Shown here piece after piece: positions 1 through 9,399 of a DNA stretch of 58,092 nt; position 1 is the stretch's first letter; each line of letters begins with the position of its first letter. The stretch spans positions 1-58,092 of the IMG/VR virus record IMGVR_UViG_3300047585_000006; one strand, 5' to 3'. This DNA is from a virus. Its lineage: Duplodnaviria > Caudoviricetes. The notes beneath the pieces were generated by a model. That model did not search any database, was not told the DNA's origin, and saw only the letters and a program-made list of their open reading frames with translations. The translations under genes were made by a program, and so were the position numbers.

Positions 1-1
1 C

Positions 2-67
2 GATGCTCAGGTGTCTGGCGATGCTTGGGTGTCTGGCAATGCTCGGGTGTCTGGCAATGCTCAGGTG
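2..67 (+). repeat. 18-bp tandem repeat encoding hexapeptides
   Basis: (g/a)atgct(ca/tg/cg)ggtgtctggc, about 3.7 copies. Confidence 0.85.
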
Positions 68-196
68 CGTCCGCTGAAACGTGGCCCGGATGAATGCCAG
101 CATTATGAGCACTACTCGTCAGTTGAGGGACGATATATCCGCCCGGAGAAACGTCCGGCGGATTCTCGCCCCAGCGAAGACGGGCAAGGACTCTAG
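2..196 (+). CDS. 5'-truncated hexapeptide-repeat (left-handed beta-helix-like) protein
   Basis: Frame open from the window edge; DAQVSG/DAWVSG/NARVSG/NAQV repeats. Confidence 0.6.
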   Translation, partial: DAQVSGDAWVSGNARVSGNAQVRPLKRGPDECQHYEHYSSVEGRYIRPEKRPADSRPSEDGQGL

Positions 197-349
197 TGCC
201 AGACAATCGGATTACGCGTGTCAGCATCCGCCGGAGTGCTGAACACGGGGAGACTATCGTCCGGGCAGAGGCGGAGCGCTGACTCGCAAGAGCATTTGCT
301 CACTGAAGTGGGTCTCGAACGACTTTCTCAAAAACGACTAGGAGGGTCC

Positions 350-757
350 ATGACTCTGGAGACTTTCAGCCGGGGCGTTTTCGTCGTCATCGCTGTCATG
401 CTGCTTGCCTGTCTGGTGGGGCAAGGGCACTGCACAACAACAGCGAAGCATCATGACAGCATCGGCGTCGTGATGCAGCAGACGAACCCTAACAGCTATC
501 TCGCGGGCAACGTCACCAACGTCGAGTTCGCGGGGAAGCCTGAGAACTACGGAATGGTCGTCCGCGTTCAACCTCTGAAGACGTATACTTTGTACACGGA
601 GGAGTTGTGCTTCTGCGGTGATCCGAGCGAGTTGTTCGCCGGACACCACAACCCGATGGTGCTTGTCTACGAGACGAAGAGCCATCACATGGTCGAAGGA
701 ATCGGCTGTCATGAACTGCAGGGCGTCCGCGACGTGTTACCGGAGAAATTGAAATGA
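350..757 (+). CDS. hypothetical secreted/membrane-anchored protein
   Basis: AGGAGG before ATG 350; N-terminal hydrophobic stretch; ATGA overlap with the lysozyme gene. Confidence 0.7.
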   Translation: MTLETFSRGVFVVIAVMLLACLVGQGHCTTTAKHHDSIGVVMQQTNPNSYLAGNVTNVEFAGKPENYGMVVRVQPLKTYTLYTEELCFCGDPSELFAGHHNPMVLVYETKSHHMVEGIGCHELQGVRDVLPEKLK

Positions 758-1215
758 ACCCAACGATGACTTATTCAAAAAGCGGGGCCGCACTGACCGA
801 GAGATTCGAGGGGTGTAGGCTCGTAGCCTACCTGGACTCTGTGGGAGTGCTCACCATCGGATACGGGCATACGTTCGGAGTCACTGAGGGAATGGTCTGC
901 ACACAAGAGCAGGCGACTGCTTGGTTGCTGGAAGACACCGAGGTCGCCCAAGCGGACGTGAACAAGTACGTTACTGCCCCAATCACGCAACTTATTTTTG
1001 ATAGTTTAGTGGATTTTGCATTCAACGTTGGGCGGGGCAACCTAAATAATTCTACACTTCTGAAAGACCTCAACGCCAGAAACTATCTCATTGCCGCTGA
1101 CGAATTTGTAAAATGGGATCACGCGGGCGGGGTAGAAGTGGCGGGGTTACTCAGGAGACGACAGGCAGAAGCAGATGAGTTCAGACAAGGAATACCCTGC
1201 TGTCCAACGCTATAA
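754..1215 (+). CDS. endolysin, GH24 phage lysozyme
   Basis: FEGCRLVAYLDSVGVLTIGYGHT (E-x8-D-x5-T), FAFNVG, GLLRRRQAE. Confidence 0.95.
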   Translation: MNPTMTYSKSGAALTERFEGCRLVAYLDSVGVLTIGYGHTFGVTEGMVCTQEQATAWLLEDTEVAQADVNKYVTAPITQLIFDSLVDFAFNVGRGNLNNSTLLKDLNARNYLIAADEFVKWDHAGGVEVAGLLRRRQAEADEFRQGIPCCPTL

Positions 1216-1248
1216 GATATCTCAGTTCTAGAGAAGGGAGTTCACATC

Positions 1249-1629
1249 ATGAGCGAGGCCGATTACAGGACCGAGTTAGAAAAGATGTTTCCGCTCGATG
1301 GGGTAGGAACGAGGTTCGACCACTACAGTGAACTTCGTGAGGTCTTCGCTGATGGAATCGAGATTATGACCAACATGCGGGCCGAGCATCGCTCCGCTGC
1401 TGATGTCATCAAGCTGGCCGAACTCAAGGCTGCGGAAAAGCTCATAGCGAAGCGACTCGAAGTCTTGTCCGGGTATGAACGCAAGATGGTCTACAACGCC
1501 ACGCTGCCATCGACTATCAGACAAGTCGAGATTGAAAGGCTGCGGGCCAAGCTGTTACTGAAGGGGGATGTCGATGCGGACTCAGGAAGCGTTGCGAAAG
1601 ATAAAGACCTATCGTCCGACATCACTTAA
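1249..1629 (+). CDS. hypothetical protein
   Basis: AGGGAG RBS; 126-aa ORF in the plus-strand unit. Confidence 0.65.
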   Translation: MSEADYRTELEKMFPLDGVGTRFDHYSELREVFADGIEIMTNMRAEHRSAADVIKLAELKAAEKLIAKRLEVLSGYERKMVYNATLPSTIRQVEIERLRAKLLLKGDVDADSGSVAKDKDLSSDIT

Positions 1630-2071
1630 AGAGTTCAAGACTCTGGGCCTGCTTGGACGTTACGTCGGCTCTGGAGTATTCCGCGAGAGCTTCCGGATTC
1701 GAGGGACCAACCTCATCGTGAAGTTCCCCCTGAACGAATCGAGACATGGTCGCACCCCGGTCTACAAGTCGGGCATCGCTCACTCACGGGCTGAGATGCG
1801 TCGGGTCCACAAGCTCAAGAAGATCAAAGCTCTGCGTGCCCATCTCCCCAAGGTTTGGTACTACGACAAGACCCACGGCATCGTCGTGATGACGCACTAC
1901 ATCAAGTTCGGTGGATACGGCGGCTGGGATAAGATCGAGATGCTGGGCAAAGTCATCAACAAGCTCATGCAGCAATACGCACACACCGCAATGAACGACA
2001 TCCACAGGGACAACACGAGGACCGCCGGAAAGTACAACAAACGGATCGTCTTCGTGGATTTAGGGTACTGA
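1568..2071 (+). CDS. small protein-kinase-like fold protein
   Basis: VGSGVFR (Gly loop), IVKF, DIHRDN, FVDLGY. Confidence 0.65.
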   Translation: MSMRTQEALRKIKTYRPTSLKEFKTLGLLGRYVGSGVFRESFRIRGTNLIVKFPLNESRHGRTPVYKSGIAHSRAEMRRVHKLKKIKALRAHLPKVWYYDKTHGIVVMTHYIKFGGYGGWDKIEMLGKVINKLMQQYAHTAMNDIHRDNTRTAGKYNKRIVFVDLGY

Positions 2072-2084
2072 CAAAAAAAAAATA

Positions 2085-2135
2085 AGGCCCGCTGTCAGCA
2101 TAGTTCCATCATGGAACTATGCTGACAGCGGGCCT
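2085..2135. terminator. perfect 25-bp inverted repeat, probable bidirectional terminator
   Basis: aggcccgctgtcagcatagttccat-c-atggaactatgctgacagcgggcct between convergent units; A-run on the left, T-rich on the right. Confidence 0.7.
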
Positions 2136-2304
2136 CTGTGTTTTTATGCGTGCTTGAAGACTGCGAGGTTGTTGTACCCTCGGTTGAACTGGTTTCCAGA
2201 TACGAGTCCGGTCCACGCCAGACCGCCGCTCTAAGATTGAAAACTGTTCAGTCTACCTTGACAATTAATCAAAGGGCGGAATCTGATTCCACCCTTTATT
2301 TTGA

Positions 2305-3774
2305 TTAAAAAGTCGCAAGATAATAGTACACCACTATTTTTACGGTTCCGTTACCCGCTGTTGGATTGGCAGTCGCGGCGACATATACCCCCGCATCAAC
2401 AAGGTTAGGGGAATTATTACTGCCTACGAAAGTCGTACCCGCTCCCAACTGCCACGAAGCAAACCCATTTGTCGAGGTATTTCCGAACCCACCACCAGCG
2501 GTAAAAGCGGCTGCATTGGTGGTCGATGTTCCGGCACAAGAACTAAAGGTTGAAGTAATCGAACCGAGATATTCCAACAAAAATGAAGAATTCGTTGCAT
2601 AATTTATCCCCCCGTTCGTATAGTGAAAGTCAACACGAGTGGGCACAATAATTTTACCCGAGACCGGAGAGACACACATAATAGGAGTTGTCGCTAAAGC
2701 AAGAATTTGAGTCGAGGTCAAGGTAATAGTTGATGAAAGAACCGGGAAGGGGACGGCGGCAGTGACAGCAGAATCAACATAAGCATCCGTTGCCACTTTA
2801 GTATCATTACTCAAAGCCGCTTGTGTGGTCGCAGTCGTGCCGTTCGGCAGAGCAGGAGTGCCTGACAAATTGGCGGCAGTTCCGGTCGTGTTATTACTCA
2901 AGGTTGCCGAAGAAGCATCCACTATTTGTGAGGAACCGTTGGTACCGACAATCGTCTTTGACGCAGGAACCGCTGCACCGTTGACCTGAACAACGCTAGC
3001 TGCGTTCGATCCTGAAGTTGTTACATCTCCGCTTAGTTCGGTACACGCTCCAGTGTTTCGGGCAATACCCACTCCCGTCAACGTTGCCTGTTTAGTAGCT
3101 TCCGCTGTTTCGGCTCTTGATGTTTCAACAGCTACAGCAGCATCAACATAAGCATCAGTCGCAACTTTCGTGTCATTACTCAAAGCGGCTTGCGTCGTCG
3201 CTGTCGTGCTATTTGCAATCGCTCCCGCAGAAATCTGGGTCTGAGTATAATCTCCTGTCGTAGCTACCACTGCCCCGGTGCGAGCGAACACTGATGTTAC
3301 CGCTGACCGTAGGGGAATCTCAGATTCAACAAAAGCGGTAGTTGCAAGTTGCGTTGTGTTCGTTGCCGCCGCAGCCGTCGGAGCCGTGGGCACTCCGGTC
3401 AATGCGGGAGACGCCTTCGGAGCCAAAGAGGACAATAAAGTACCCGAATCCTTAACATTGCCAGAGCCGTCAGCCGTGATAACATCCCCCGCCGGAGCAG
3501 AAGCGACATTCGTATCCGCAGTCGCAGCCGTTGTTGTTGAACCCGATCCCGTAACAGTCACCGTTCCCGTTGTCGTGATTGGACCGCCCGTTGCGATTCC
3601 AGCCGTGGCGACACTCGTAACAGTCCCTCCAGTTCCACCAACTTCAATATTACCTAAAGAACTCCCGATCCATAACTCGCCGGTGTCCTCCTGAAGATAC
3701 AACTGTCCGTCGGCCAAGGTCGGCATATCCGCCGCAGTACCCCGAAAATTCTGAAAAGTAAAAAATAGTGCCAT
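2305..3774 (-). CDS. tail fiber-like protein
   Basis: Thr/Ala/Gly-rich; ASPALTGVPTAPT...TQLATTAFV and VTSVFARTGAV fiber motifs; duplicated TTATTQAALSNDTKVATDAYVD. Confidence 0.8.
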   Translation of the reverse strand: MALFFTFQNFRGTAADMPTLADGQLYLQEDTGELWIGSSLGNIEVGGTGGTVTSVATAGIATGGPITTTGTVTVTGSGSTTTAATADTNVASAPAGDVITADGSGNVKDSGTLLSSLAPKASPALTGVPTAPTAAAATNTTQLATTAFVESEIPLRSAVTSVFARTGAVVATTGDYTQTQISAGAIANSTTATTQAALSNDTKVATDAYVDAAVAVETSRAETAEATKQATLTGVGIARNTGACTELSGDVTTSGSNAASVVQVNGAAVPASKTIVGTNGSSQIVDASSATLSNNTTGTAANLSGTPALPNGTTATTQAALSNDTKVATDAYVDSAVTAAVPFPVLSSTITLTSTQILALATTPIMCVSPVSGKIIVPTRVDFHYTNGGINYATNSSFLLEYLGSITSTFSSCAGTSTTNAAAFTAGGGFGNTSTNGFASWQLGAGTTFVGSNNSPNLVDAGVYVAATANPTAGNGTVKIVVYYYLATF

Positions 3775-3777
3775 GAT

Positions 3778-3960
3778 TTATTCCTCCCCACAGTCAAGAC
3801 CGCCTTGCAAACCCGTAGATGAATTACAATCTAGGGAAGTAATCAACCCCACACTAGGCGTGTAGTATGCCGAGATGTTACCCCGACCATCACTCTGGAA
3901 CACAACATTAGTCTTCCCCGCCGGGGCCGCCGGGGTTGTCGCACTGTAATTTATAGACAT
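3778..3960 (-). CDS. small putative virion protein
   Basis: GGAGGAG RBS; N-terminus similar to 17368-17850. Confidence 0.7.
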   Translation of the reverse strand: MSINYSATTPAAPAGKTNVVFQSDGRGNISAYYTPSVGLITSLDCNSSTGLQGGLDCGEE

Positions 3961-3972
3961 GAGTCTCCTCCC

Positions 3973-4455
3973 TTACGTCACGACAAGATGCAACTGGACA
4001 TACTCAAGGTCCGGTGCGGTCGCGGTGCCCACAATGGTGATCGTGTACTTGCCAGCCGGAACGTCGGACGGTACGGTCACCGTGACCGTGCTAGACGTTG
4101 TATCCGGGTTCGGAGAGAACGAAAGCGTCACTCCCGCAGGTTCACCAAAATAAGTCAATTCTGCGGAATTAGTGCCCAAGAGATTTGTCAGATTGATGTC
4201 ACAACTTCCTGACGAACCGGGTTGAACAATGATGACTGGCGGCACCGTCTGCAAGAGGAACGAAACTTGATTGCCGAAATGAGCCGGACTAGGAATCCAG
4301 TCAACGGGGTTACCCGCCATGCGTGGATTCGATTGTGGCTCCGGGTTGCCGAACGGTTCATTGATCGGGCCTGCTACTGGATTGCCAAACACATGCCCCG
4401 CAGTCATCGGGGTTCCGTTTCTAAATCCTCCGCTTCTTACGAGTCCGCAAGGCAT
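3973..4455 (-). CDS. Ig-like domain putative virion protein (start uncertain)
   Basis: GVTLSFSPNP...VTVTVPSDVPAGKYTITIVGT beta-sandwich pattern. Confidence 0.65.
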   Translation of the reverse strand: MPCGLVRSGGFRNGTPMTAGHVFGNPVAGPINEPFGNPEPQSNPRMAGNPVDWIPSPAHFGNQVSFLLQTVPPVIIVQPGSSGSCDINLTNLLGTNSAELTYFGEPAGVTLSFSPNPDTTSSTVTVTVPSDVPAGKYTITIVGTATAPDLEYVQLHLVVT

Positions 4456-5030
4456 CTGGTATCTCTTTCTAAGTAAATAGCCAATCGTCGCAAGACGTAG
4501 CCATCATCCTTCACATTTCCTAGAGCGAGGTTACAATATTGTCCTATAACCCCTCGAAAAGTCAATCGTATGTGGTCGTGGTCAAGGCACCAGTACCCAC
4601 AAGAATCTTTTCTACCACATGCTTGACAGAACCCATTAAAGGTTTCTGCGGCGTGTTTCGCTCTCGCCAACTCAGACTCAGACAATCCGGCTTTCCGCAA
4701 TTCATGAATCTGGCGTTCAAGTAAACACTTCGCACACGCCCGCCTTCCTTTGACGAGCGGACGATGTTCAACACAGCACGGGCACTCCCCGCTATTAAGA
4801 TGACGCCGATATCGTTCCTTAGACGCCGCAACATGGGGGGTGTTACACTGTAGGCATCGTACTTTACCCACAGACGGAGGAACTTTTCCGCAACGGGTAC
4901 AAAGCCCTGCGGCTTTGCGTCGTGCGGTACATCGACGAGTAGCATTATTCGCATTCCATCGAGTTGATCGTGCGATGATTTGTTCTTTATGCCCTTGATA
5001 GTATTGTGCGTCGGATTCTTTCTTTGTCAT
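4437..5030 (-). CDS. endonuclease VII-like HNH endonuclease
   Basis: CQAC...LDHDH...FRG...CNLALG; Zn-finger repeats; GGAG before ATG 5030. Confidence 0.85.
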   Translation of the reverse strand: MTKKESDAQYYQGHKEQIIARSTRWNANNATRRCTARRKAAGLCTRCGKVPPSVGKVRCLQCNTPHVAASKERYRRHLNSGECPCCVEHRPLVKGRRACAKCLLERQIHELRKAGLSESELARAKHAAETFNGFCQACGRKDSCGYWCLDHDHIRLTFRGVIGQYCNLALGNVKDDGYVLRRLAIYLERDTRCLADS

Positions 5031-5050
5031 CGGTATTCTCCCAATCTTGT

Positions 5051-5079
5051 AGAATACCACAGTCAACAAGAATTGTCAA
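5051..5079 (-). promoter_or_regulatory. sigma70-like promoter for the endonuclease gene
   Basis: TTGACA-N17-TATTCT with TG extension. Confidence 0.7.
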
Positions 5080-5088
5080 AAATTAATT

Positions 5089-5164
5089 TGGTGGACCGTG
5101 CTGGCATCGAACCAGCAACCTCTCGCTTGCAAGGCGAGTGCTCTCCCAATTGAGCTAACGGCCC
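5089..5164 (-). tRNA. tRNA-Ala(UGC)
   Basis: 76-nt cloverleaf GGGCCGTTAGCTCAATTGG...CTCGC-CTTGCAA-GCGAG...GTTCGA...ACGGTCCACCA; G3.U70 pair; encoded CCA. Confidence 0.97.
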
Positions 5165-5246
5165 CTTTAAGCCCGCACATGCGGTTTGTTGCACGCCACG
5201 CACGCTGTAGGGCACCCGCAGTCATACCACAACCTCTGCAACAAGG

Positions 5247-5972
5247 TTAGCGTATTGACCGTAGTCCCAACCCGGTTAGCAACCCGGTTAGGAACCAATG
5301 GAATTTTGACTTGCGTGCGTCGGCCTTCAACTGCTTGACCTCCGCAGCGTGTGCAGTGTTGTCCGTCGTAATCTCATCCTGAAGATCAGTTATTGCTTTG
5401 TCCTTCGTCGCCAAGAGTCCGGTGGCCTGTGTGAGTCCAGCGGTCGTTGAGGACAACTGGGTCCGTGTATCTTGTAGATCATCCGTGCAGGTGTCGCCAT
5501 CAATCTTCGTCGCGGTGAACAACTGTAGATCGACGGTTGGAACGTCCGCACCATCGCTCGTCACGGTGATCGGAATCGGAAGAACGTATGCCGACTGGAC
5601 ATCAGTGACGGCTTGCGTCGGCGTCTTTGGAGCTTCGACCGCTTTGACGCGAGTTGCCGAGGCCGCATCTCGGGATGCGATGGCCACGACAAGTGACACC
5701 TCAAACGTTTGCCGAGCTTGTTCAGCTTGGTTAAACGACGCCTGCTGTGCAGCAAGCTGGGCCAACGCGGTGTCGGCTACAGACTTGGACTGTGCAGCGG
5801 CTTGTTCTGCGATATCGGCCTTCGTTGTCGCATCCGTCGCAGACTTGTCGAGCCAATGATTCCAACCATAGATTCCGAAAGACAAGACGAGGAACGTGAT
5901 GACGATTCTCTCATGCTTCTGGAGCCACGTCAACGGCGTGACTGTTGGTGTTACGGGTGCGGGTGTACTCAT
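5247..5972 (-). CDS. membrane-anchored coiled-coil protein, possible spanin-like
   Basis: N-terminal TM segment, Ala/Gln coiled coil, hydrophobic C-terminus. Confidence 0.55.
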   Translation of the reverse strand: MSTPAPVTPTVTPLTWLQKHERIVITFLVLSFGIYGWNHWLDKSATDATTKADIAEQAAAQSKSVADTALAQLAAQQASFNQAEQARQTFEVSLVVAIASRDAASATRVKAVEAPKTPTQAVTDVQSAYVLPIPITVTSDGADVPTVDLQLFTATKIDGDTCTDDLQDTRTQLSSTTAGLTQATGLLATKDKAITDLQDEITTDNTAHAAEVKQLKADARKSKFHWFLTGLLTGLGLRSIR

Positions 5973-5989
5973 GACTCCTCCTACAGAGT

Positions 5990-6346
5990 TTACTTCTTGA
6001 CGCGGGCTGGTAGATGATCGCCCTTAGATGCACTATCCCATTCTTTCAATCCAGATTTGCCCAGAATTTCAGGATGGCTGTGCATATAACCAGCTTGAGC
6101 TAGGCTGGCAAAGGGGTTTGCGGGTACGAGGCCATTTCCGTTGGGGCCGAGACTAATCTCAACGGATCGTCCCGTCGTACGTGACACGATTTTGTCGTGT
6201 TCCTTGATCCCAGCAGCCGGGTGATTTGCCCGCCCCTGAGCTTGTTTCTCGCATGACCGCGATTCCTTGGCCTGCTTCTCGTTAATCTCAGCGGGCGACA
6301 ACTTCTCGCAACACGCTCCAAAACACTTGCCTTCACAATCGCACAT
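5990..6346 (-). CDS. hypothetical phage protein
   Basis: AAGGAG RBS; Cys-rich N-terminus; PFASLAQ...EWD...LPARVKK. Confidence 0.7.
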   Translation of the reverse strand: MCDCEGKCFGACCEKLSPAEINEKQAKESRSCEKQAQGRANHPAAGIKEHDKIVSRTTGRSVEISLGPNGNGLVPANPFASLAQAGYMHSHPEILGKSGLKEWDSASKGDHLPARVKK

Positions 6347-6349
6347 GAT

Positions 6350-6733
6350 CTACTCCTTGTAATAGTAATGCTCTTTCGCATGACAATTCGCACAAAGAAC
6401 ATCACACTTCGCAATCTCTGTGACGAGCTTGGCTATATCGAGTCCCTGTGCCATCTTCCCGGACACCTTAAACTCTTTCTTTGATGGGTCTCGGTGATGG
6501 AAAGATAAACACGCCGGATGATTCTCAGGACACCGACCACACTTCAGCGTTTTCTTGTACTCCTGAAACCAAAGACGATTACGCTTTCGTGACTCGTTTC
6601 GTAAGGTATCTCGACATATCTTACAAGTACGATTCTGCTTTCGTCCTGACGCTGCATACTCTGGAGGAGTGTAAGTCGTTTCCGGCGTCCAAGGATGCCC
6701 ACGTTTGCATGTTTCTGATTGAGTCCAAGGCAT
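6350..6733 (-). CDS. HNH endonuclease
   Basis: CGRC...FHHRDP...CDVLCANCH; N-terminal CKRGH module. Confidence 0.9.
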   Translation of the reverse strand: MPWTQSETCKRGHPWTPETTYTPPEYAASGRKQNRTCKICRDTLRNESRKRNRLWFQEYKKTLKCGRCPENHPACLSFHHRDPSKKEFKVSGKMAQGLDIAKLVTEIAKCDVLCANCHAKEHYYYKE

Positions 6734-6925
6734 CTAATTTTCAATTCCCGGATGCGTAATAACCCTCGGGCCGAACTTCGCGTGACGGCTTAGGATCGGA
6801 GTCAAAGGATTCGCTTGAGACTCCGCTTGCACCTTCTCGCCTTGCTCCGCGTTCACTGTGGGACGCTGGAGGGCTACGTCAATCGGCCCGCTATCGTCAG
6901 GACCGAAAGTTGATTGCTGCTTCAT
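6734..6925 (-). CDS. hypothetical protein
   Basis: ATGA overlap with the upstream gene; abuts the next start. Confidence 0.55.
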   Translation of the reverse strand: MKQQSTFGPDDSGPIDVALQRPTVNAEQGEKVQAESQANPLTPILSRHAKFGPRVITHPGIEN

Positions 6926-7263
6926 TTTGATCCCCTTGCTTGCGGGACGCCTTCGGCTTCGAGTTCCATCTGAAGGATTGCCAACGCCCGCCAAACCATC
7001 TTGGCTGAGTGCCGCTGTCCGTCTACGTCAATCGTGCCACGCTCCAAGAAGTGCCGGATCATGGTGTCCGAGTGATCGGTTGATTTACCCCGCGACCAGT
7101 GTAACGGTTGACCGGGGTTGTGCTGTTGATTCCCTGCGAACGAAATTTTGGCAACCTCTGCGAGTGCCGCTGGGAAGTAATCCAGCACTCCTGTTGCGAT
7201 AGGTACATTCTTGCGTGCCGCTGCGTCCGTAGGAAGGACGGTCTTGCTCTCGGGCTGGGACAC
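6922..7263 (-). CDS. dATP/dGTP diphosphohydrolase-like (DUF5664-like) protein
   Basis: FPAALAEVAKISFAG...HW.RG...MIRH...DGQRHSAKMVWRAL resembles the family. Confidence 0.7.
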   Translation of the reverse strand: MSQPESKTVLPTDAAARKNVPIATGVLDYFPAALAEVAKISFAGNQQHNPGQPLHWSRGKSTDHSDTMIRHFLERGTIDVDGQRHSAKMVWRALAILQMELEAEGVPQARGSK

Positions 7264-7889
7264 TAGACCTCCGACAATACCATTTGTGCAAACTCGTTAA
7301 ACCCGGATACCCGGACGATGCCGTGGGGTTCCGCGTCGAACTTCTGGTTGTGGGTTGCCGCCGCGAGGCATACCTTGCACTCGGGCCTCGCTGCTTTGAC
7401 TTCAAGGCAGTTCTTGTCCCTGTCGTCGATGAAGTAGTCGTATTTCAGTGCCGCCGCTAGAGGCCCCTTTTCATTCGAGACCACAACGGTCGGGAAATTG
7501 ACGCGGAACTTTTCGTTGATCCACGCTGCCGATTGGATGGAGACATCAGCACCAATGCTCTGTGCTCGTGCCGTCGGAAAGTACATCTTCGTCTTCCACG
7601 ACAACAACTGAACCAACTGCGGGCTGACACCCTGCAAGATGTCCAGCGACATCCAAAAGTTCTTGGTGTCGTGGAGTTGCTGCCAAAGAGCCGATTCCTG
7701 TTCCTTCGTCCACCCCATGTTGCTCCACGCCCAATCAATAGGACGCAGAGTCTTATCCGTCGGAATGTCGAAGCGTTCGCTGGCCATGTCGATGAACTTC
7801 GCCACGAAGTCTGCGAGAACATCATCAAGATCGCAGCCTACGATTTTCAACCTCTGTTCGGCGGGGCGTGCAGTGTTGGTCTGGCTCAT
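7263..7889 (-). CDS. HAD-family 5'(3')-deoxyribonucleotidase-like protein
   Basis: CDLDDVLADF, TAR, K, YFIDD motifs. Confidence 0.85.
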   Translation of the reverse strand: MSQTNTARPAEQRLKIVGCDLDDVLADFVAKFIDMASERFDIPTDKTLRPIDWAWSNMGWTKEQESALWQQLHDTKNFWMSLDILQGVSPQLVQLLSWKTKMYFPTARAQSIGADVSIQSAAWINEKFRVNFPTVVVSNEKGPLAAALKYDYFIDDRDKNCLEVKAARPECKVCLAAATHNQKFDAEPHGIVRVSGFNEFAQMVLSEV

Positions 7890-8176
7890 AGGCCAAGCTC
7901 CTTCAGGCCGGGGGGATTCTTCTCACCCTTGACCAGCTTGTAGCCGAGAATCAGATTGGCGTCGTTGAAAAACTGGAGACGCTTGGTGTCGATCATGAAG
8001 TAGGGGACTTGGAACGTTTCTTCCTTTTGTCCCCCGCCTTCGGTTCTTGTGATGATTGTCAACTCCGCGATTGGACCGCCGCCGTAGCTGCCGTCCAACG
8101 GAATCTGAATCACACGTCCTTGCTGTTCGTCTTCGCTCATAGTCTCCTCCGAATTATGAATTTGGTCGGACATCAC
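7886..8176 (-). CDS. hypothetical protein
   Basis: ORF packed between neighbours. Confidence 0.55.
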   Translation of the reverse strand: MMSDQIHNSEETMSEDEQQGRVIQIPLDGSYGGGPIAELTIITRTEGGGQKEETFQVPYFMIDTKRLQFFNDANLILGYKLVKGEKNPPGLKELGL

Positions 8177-8177
8177 T

Positions 8178-9389
8178 CTACACGTAAATAGGCGTCACCA
8201 CGCCCTTGCAGTTAAATTTCTTGTTGACCAGAAAGAATGTCTGGCTAGGCTTCTCGAAATCCGCCTTGATACGCAGGGCGTACGCGTTATAGCCGATGAG
8301 ACTTCCGTTGGCGATGAAATTTCCACCATCGAACTTCGTATGGAAGTGACCGAAGACATCAAGGTCCGCTTTCACTCCCTTATTCCACTGGTTGATGGCT
8401 TTGTTGACAGGGACGCAAATGCCACCGACGCCGCCGCCATAGTTCATGCCATGCCCGTGATGCAGACGAACAGTGTACTTGTCGTCGAACAATCGGACGT
8501 AACTGTGATAGCCCTCAGCAATCTGGAACTTGACACGCGGCTCGTTCGCCAGAATGTCACGCATGTTGTAGTACATGTATTGTTCGAGACTGTTGCCCGT
8601 CTCAGTGGCTATGCGTTGTTCCTTGGTCGTTCTCCCGTGGTTACCACTATGACAGACAACCAAGAGGTCCGCAGTCGTGTTATCCAACAAGAACCGAATG
8701 CCCGAGAGCAGAAGGTTTTGAACACGATAGATTGCGTCACTGGGTGCGAGCAGATTAGATTCCGCACCATCCTCATGAATGCTGTTCGTGATAAAGTCGC
8801 CAAGTAGCCCGAGGACAATCGTACCTATATGAGTGTCCCGCTTGAAGATGTCGTAAAACCGTTGGCATCCACGCCACGCATTCTCCGCACGCCTCGCACC
8901 AATTTCCAGATTGTGGGCGTTCAACCCACCGACTTGACCGGGGAGAACTTCTTCCTCACTATGCCAGTCGCTCATAATCATGAACGCAATGGATTCGCTA
9001 TCGCCACTCGGCTTTTGCGGCTCAATCGTGGTTAGCTGTGGGGTGCGGTCTCGCAAATCGAGAATCGCATCCTTCTCTTTTTCAAGGGCAGTAATCTTCT
9101 TGACCGCTTCGTCCAGCATCTTCTTGCCATCGCTGGTCTTCGCCGCAATCTCAGCCTGCTTGACCGCGAGCCGTTCTTGCGGGGTGGCCTCGACAATAGT
9201 CTGTTTGAGGTTCGCCGCTATGAGTAATTCTTCAAAGGTTGCGAAGTGCCTCGCTCGCTGTTTGTCGCTATACAGAGAATGTTGTCGAAGGAAATCCCGA
9301 GTCAGAGGTCCGTTTGTTTTTAATGCAACTTGCTGGGCGTCCCGAACAACTTGGGGTTTCGAGGTCACTACTTTTTGGGTCTTAGCCAC
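8178..9389 (-). CDS. calcineurin-like metallophosphoesterase
   Basis: SDWH, GD, GNHG, HHGH, GHFH motifs. Confidence 0.9.
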   Translation of the reverse strand: MAKTQKVVTSKPQVVRDAQQVALKTNGPLTRDFLRQHSLYSDKQRARHFATFEELLIAANLKQTIVEATPQERLAVKQAEIAAKTSDGKKMLDEAVKKITALEKEKDAILDLRDRTPQLTTIEPQKPSGDSESIAFMIMSDWHSEEEVLPGQVGGLNAHNLEIGARRAENAWRGCQRFYDIFKRDTHIGTIVLGLLGDFITNSIHEDGAESNLLAPSDAIYRVQNLLLSGIRFLLDNTTADLLVVCHSGNHGRTTKEQRIATETGNSLEQYMYYNMRDILANEPRVKFQIAEGYHSYVRLFDDKYTVRLHHGHGMNYGGGVGGICVPVNKAINQWNKGVKADLDVFGHFHTKFDGGNFIANGSLIGYNAYALRIKADFEKPSQTFFLVNKKFNCKGVVTPIYV

Positions 9390-9399
9390 TGTTCCTCCG

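Noticed and set aside
2-67. CRISPR-like or DGR-like repeat
   Set aside because: Contiguous 18-bp coding repeats with no spacers; no cas or reverse transcriptase gene in the window.
2144-2232. Minus-strand fragment GGLAWTGLVSGNQFNRGYNNLAVFKHA* as a tail-gene relic
   Set aside because: No start codon, an upstream in-frame stop, and too short to support without a search.
5089-5164. tRNA as a prophage attachment site
   Set aside because: Phage genes lie on both sides, with no duplicated tRNA 3' end and no integrase in the window.
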